The translations under genes were made by a program, and so were the position numbers. A stretch of DNA of 63,363 bases, the filler included, from Folioceros fuciformis (lineage: Eukaryota): assembly GCA_049999805.1 (NCBI GenBank). It is 4 parts of 3 records of this genome, joined end to end, with 100 filler letters (N's around TTAATTAATTAA, not from the genome) between each part and the next. Parts side by side here need not be neighbours in the genome. Positions count along the whole stretch, not along the records: positions 59,559 to 63,363 come from JBNGIO010005369.1; 3 more parts are not named here. One strand, written 5' to 3'. The notes below the pieces were generated by a model. The model was not told where the DNA came from. It saw nothing but the letters and a program-made list of their open reading frames with translations, and did no database searches. This document shows, piece after piece, positions 59,559-63,363 of this stretch (position 1 is its first letter; each line of letters begins with the position of its first letter).

Positions 59559-62136
59559 GAAATATAAGTATTCGTGAATGGATCTCTTGAAGGGTCCACA
59601 AATGTTTGAGTGTGCTAACTCTAGTCATCTTGTGGATCTGCTAGCGGATTTGGGGAAAGAAGTACGGTGGTTCTTCCCAAGTGAGCATGCCTCACAGATG
59701 CCGAACTCCTCCACATTGGTGAGTGTAATGCCTTTAGCTGCACCTGCTATAAGCATTTGTTTCATCCTTTGTACCCCCATATGGCCAAGTCTTGTATGCC
59801 ATAAAAATGATTTGTTGTGCTTAGCTGCGGCAGATAATGAAAGAACAAGATTATGACTTCTGTCCATATTGAGGTGATACAAGTCATCATTCTTGAGGTC
59901 TCCAGTGTCGATTAGCTCTCCTTGAGTTGTCTCCACAATGCAATGGCCTTGTCCAAAACACACATAACAGCCAGATTCATCAATTTTACGGACTGAAAAT
60001 AGGTTTTTGGTTAGTCCTGGAATGAGTAGGACGTCTGAAATTTGGAGTGTGCTTCCTGGCTTTAGGTTTAAGTCTACTGATCCATGTCCTTCTATGGTAC
60101 GTCTTGTGTCGTCACCCAGGCTGACGAAATGAGGAGGCTGAGAGGGTGTGAAGTCTTTGAAGTATTCTTGATACGAGGTCATATGCTGTGACGCCCTTAA
60201 GTCTATGTACCAGGAGTGCTGGCTTTGAGCAGTTAGGCATGAGGCAACCAGGGGTGATGGTGATGAGTCTGACCTAGTGTTTTGTAGGCATAGGAATGCC
60301 TTTGAATGTCTTTTCATGGTTAAAGCTAACTAGCCTGATGCTTCTTCTCTGTCTCTTCTATGATTGTTGTCTGCCATGCGTTTCCGGCACTCCTCATAAG
60401 TGTGGCCCGGAATCTTGCAGTAGCCGCGGATTTTTCTCCAACTTGGGTTGAAACTACCACGTCCTCTAGAATAAGAACCTCTGCTCTTGTGTTGCTGTTG
60501 GCCTTTATAGTTGGGCCGGCCACGACCTCGAGCTCTACCTCTACCTGTGACCTCGAGCTCTACCTCTACCTGTGNNNNNNNNNNCGAGCTCTACCTCTAC
60601 CTGTGACCTCGAGCTCTACCTCTACCTGTGAAGTAGGCTGCACTTGACGATTCTCCGCCGAAGGAGGTAGCGAATACTTTTCTCCTTGCTTCTTTTGTCA
60701 ACATTGCACTGATCACTTTGTTAACCGTGAGTGGGGCTGCACCTTGTAGGGACTGGACTATGAAGGTCCATGATTCAGGTAGAGTGGACAGCAGTATTGC
60801 TGCCATTAAATCTTCAGAGATGGTGAAGCCGCACGATTGAAACTTTGCATTCCAGTTCCTAACTAGCATGGTATGTGCATCCACTTGGTTAGTTTCTGAC
60901 ATTCTTAGAGAGAATTGTTTTTTGATAATGTGGACTGTGTGCATGATGTATGTTGTAGCGTATATGTTGTGGAGCTGTTACCATGCCTACGCGGTTGTTT
61001 CTGTCCCTTCCAACTACTGTACATTTCTTGATTTTATGCCTTGCATGATGACGTTCCTGGCTTGCAAGTTTTTGTCATCCCACGCTTCCTTTTGAGCATC
61101 TATAGCGTTAGGACCTGAGGGGCGTGCTGTGATCACAGGTGGTGACCCGACTCCTCCTACGAACTCCTAGAGCTTCCTCTCTTTGAGGATATTTGTGATT
61201 CTGAACTTCCATATGGGGAAGCTATGTTGCTGCCCATCAAATCTGTCCTCCTTGGACAATGAGATATTGGAGGCTGCTATTTTGTGTTGCTTATTTCTGT
61301 TGTGTGTGTGTGTGGGCAGATGCTAACGTATGTGGCTGTTTGCTGTTAGCTTATGTCTTGAAGACAGAGCTCCTTAGGAGGCAAGTAGTGTCCAGGTGCA
61401 TGGTGAGTAGAACTCCCACTATTTTGGGTTCGTTGGTGTTTCTAGGATTTTGCAGTTGGTTAATTTTGTGGATTACTGATATCTCTAATCATTTCAGGTT
61501 GTGGAGGATTCCTGAAGAAATTGTTCTTTCTAGATAGGCTGTCTAGATGGATGTGAATCCTTTGTTTGATGTAGTTGGCGTTGCAGGGGATGACCACATC
61601 GAAGGATGTGGTGTATTCATTGATCATTGTTGATGAATGGGAAGGAAACCTGAATGTAGGAGAGATCGTATTCTATAGGGTCTAGAAATCCCCTCAATAG
61701 CAGCTCTTCCCCTAAGAGGAGAAGAACGCCATAGACTGTGGACCATGCGTAGACTAGCAAGTCTTCGTGGGCTTCCTTTAGAAAAGCCTGTTTTCTGTGG
61801 AATCTTTGAAATTCCAGATTTTGGGCATCTCTGTTTGCCCTTCTAAGCTTGCGCTCTTTCTTTTTAGAGCGAGGCATGATGGCTGGGTTTATTTGTCATG
61901 ATTGAGTGGCAGAGATGGCAGGTGCGCGATTGCGGCTTGCTCTGATACCATGAAAATGTTCAATGCATCCCTAACCGATCAACGTGCAAGCAAGAGAATC
62001 AATCACGTTCGTGGTCTCTACAGTTTATTTGTTCTGGTAAAGCGGTGCCACGAAACGCAACCGCTTAGAAGCATGTCGTTTCGTGTCAAGTGAACCATGC
62101 CCTAACTAATGCTATAGGGATACTATTATTGTAACA
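59559..62136 (-). mobile_element. 5' half of a Ty1/copia element (LTR, PBS, gag, protease, start of integrase)
   Basis: LTR at ~61951-62136 (TG...CA on the minus strand) and PBS TGGTATCAGAGC at 61939-61950. Gag fragments at 60597-61260; protease and GAG-pre-integrase at 59625-60317 (WYIDLRASQHM; LWHTRLGH...CEACSLGK). Confidence 0.9.
60521..60630. repeat. 24-bp tandem repeat encoding (GRGRARGH/R)n in the gag nucleocapsid; contains a 10-N gap
   Basis: GACCTCGAGCTCTACCTCTACCTGT repeated; Ns at 60575-60584. Confidence 0.8.
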
Positions 62137-62140
62137 TCAA

Positions 62141-62298
62141 TTTCTTATCATGAGATTTTCTTGGTTTCTCCATCTTTATGGGTGTTGCTCTTCAATTCCT
62201 CTTGCCGTCCCTCAATAACTTTCTTATTATGAGAATTTCCTTGTTTCTCCATCTTTACGGGTGTTGCTCTTCAATTCCTCTTGCCGTCCTACAATAAA
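62141..62298. repeat. ~79-bp direct tandem duplication
   Basis: TTTCTTAT(C/T)ATGAGA...GGGTGTTGCTCTTCAATTCCTCTTGCCGTCC..CAATAA occurs twice. Confidence 0.85.
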
Positions 62299-62949
62299 TT
62301 GTGATGGCTTCATTTGTAGCTTTGCAGATTAAGTAGGGGCTCACTCTTCTTTTGCTTGCTCACTAGCAATTATCGAAATACTTCTAATTACTTTGATGTT
62401 CATTGATTTCATGTTACTTTGAAGTCCTCTGCTCAAGGATGTTGAAATCTATAATGATAGGGGTCATTTCTACAACTAACTTTGCAAAGTACAAGTTTGT
62501 ACGACTTCTCAAGTTTTGTTCTGTGCTATTTCTTTGACCCTAGAGGACATATCAACAACTTTATTTTTATTGTTCTAAGTAATTCAAATATAAAGGTACA
62601 GACTTCAAAGTTTGACCACAAACTGAATTGAGACATTAAACTTTCGTACTTGAAATTTTGATTTTTAGTATGCTAAATCGTAGGAAGATGATTGAAAGCA
62701 AGCTTTTGAAAGCAATATGATATGAAACACAAAATAACCATACACAAAGGTTCAAAAAAGATGAGGATGAATGAATTATGGATAGGAAGTCAGGGGCATA
62801 AATACATGGCTAGTTCAAGGCTCGGTACAAAGCAACACCAAGAGGGCCCTGGATGTGCGAGCTGTGCAAATAATGTTCAAGGTGGAGTAGCTGCCGAGTA
62901 TCCTCATTTGGAGCGGCAATATTTAGCGTTCGACGCTCGCCGAAATCGC

Positions 62950-63363
62950 TTAAGTGCGGGAAGGAAGCCATTGGTCGCCGTCAATGAAACCGATTCCAAT
63001 GAAAGGTGCAGCCTGGGCTCTGGTGAGCCTTCTCGCCCACTTCGGCCAACTCGCGGTGCTGGCGCCAGGCCCGAAGGTCTCGTATTCCCCGTAGAAAACA
63101 GTCCTGCAAGCCAAACCAAGTCAGCCCACCTGTTGGGTTCAACTCATGCTATTTCTGCCTTGGTCAGGCCAGACGACTCTGGGAAAGACATGATCACCGG
63201 TTCGAATTTCTCTGATAGCAGGCGAGGTATATTCATTCTACGACAACTTGATTCAAAAACAGTGCAATCTCGAAATGAAATCCAACCCACGGCTTACTTG
63301 TCGCGTGCGGGTATGCCCCAGTCGTTCCAGCCGGTGGGAGTGATGATGTCGGCGATGAAGGTG
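62950..63363 (-). CDS. Pectin methylesterase (pectinesterase), last two exons; gene continues beyond the window
   Basis: Exon 63363-63298 TFIADIITPTGWNDWGIPARDK; GTAAG...CAG intron; exon 63103-62950 TVFYGEYETFGPGA...WARRLTRAQAAPFIGIGFIDGDQWLPSRT*. Not in the supplied ORF track; translated by hand. Confidence 0.88.

Noticed and set aside
62807-63363. Long open plus-strand frame starting MASSRLGTK
   Set aside because: It is antisense to clear pectin methylesterase exons with canonical splice sites.

Overview
Nuclear genomic DNA from a non-seed land plant. A hornwort such as Anthoceros is the most likely source, inferred from the DRH-type DYW:KP PPR genes, short introns and tight gene packing. 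The window is four contigs joined by three artificial 100-bp spacers (44 N + TTAATTAATTAA + 44 N), so adjacency across spacers is unproven. Contig 1 (1-26122) is a nested transposon region: a decayed Ty3/gypsy element, several Ty1/copia elements (one a gag+protease-only element with intact LTRs and a GAATT TSD) and a Sola1-like DNA transposase remnant. Contig 2 (26223-43419) is gene-dense: BRF1, a head-to-head pair of intronless PLS-PPR DYW:KP genes, NOL10 and a cyclophilin-like gene. Contig 3 holds a third DYW:KP gene, a BUD23 pseudogene, tRNA-Asn(GUU) and a Tork-like copia. Contig 4 holds a copia 5' half and the 3' end of a pectin methylesterase. The most notable observation is that all three DYW:KP genes, candidate reverse (U-to-C) organellar RNA editors, carry an N-terminal PDF motif of the kind found in OSB organellar ssDNA-binding proteins.
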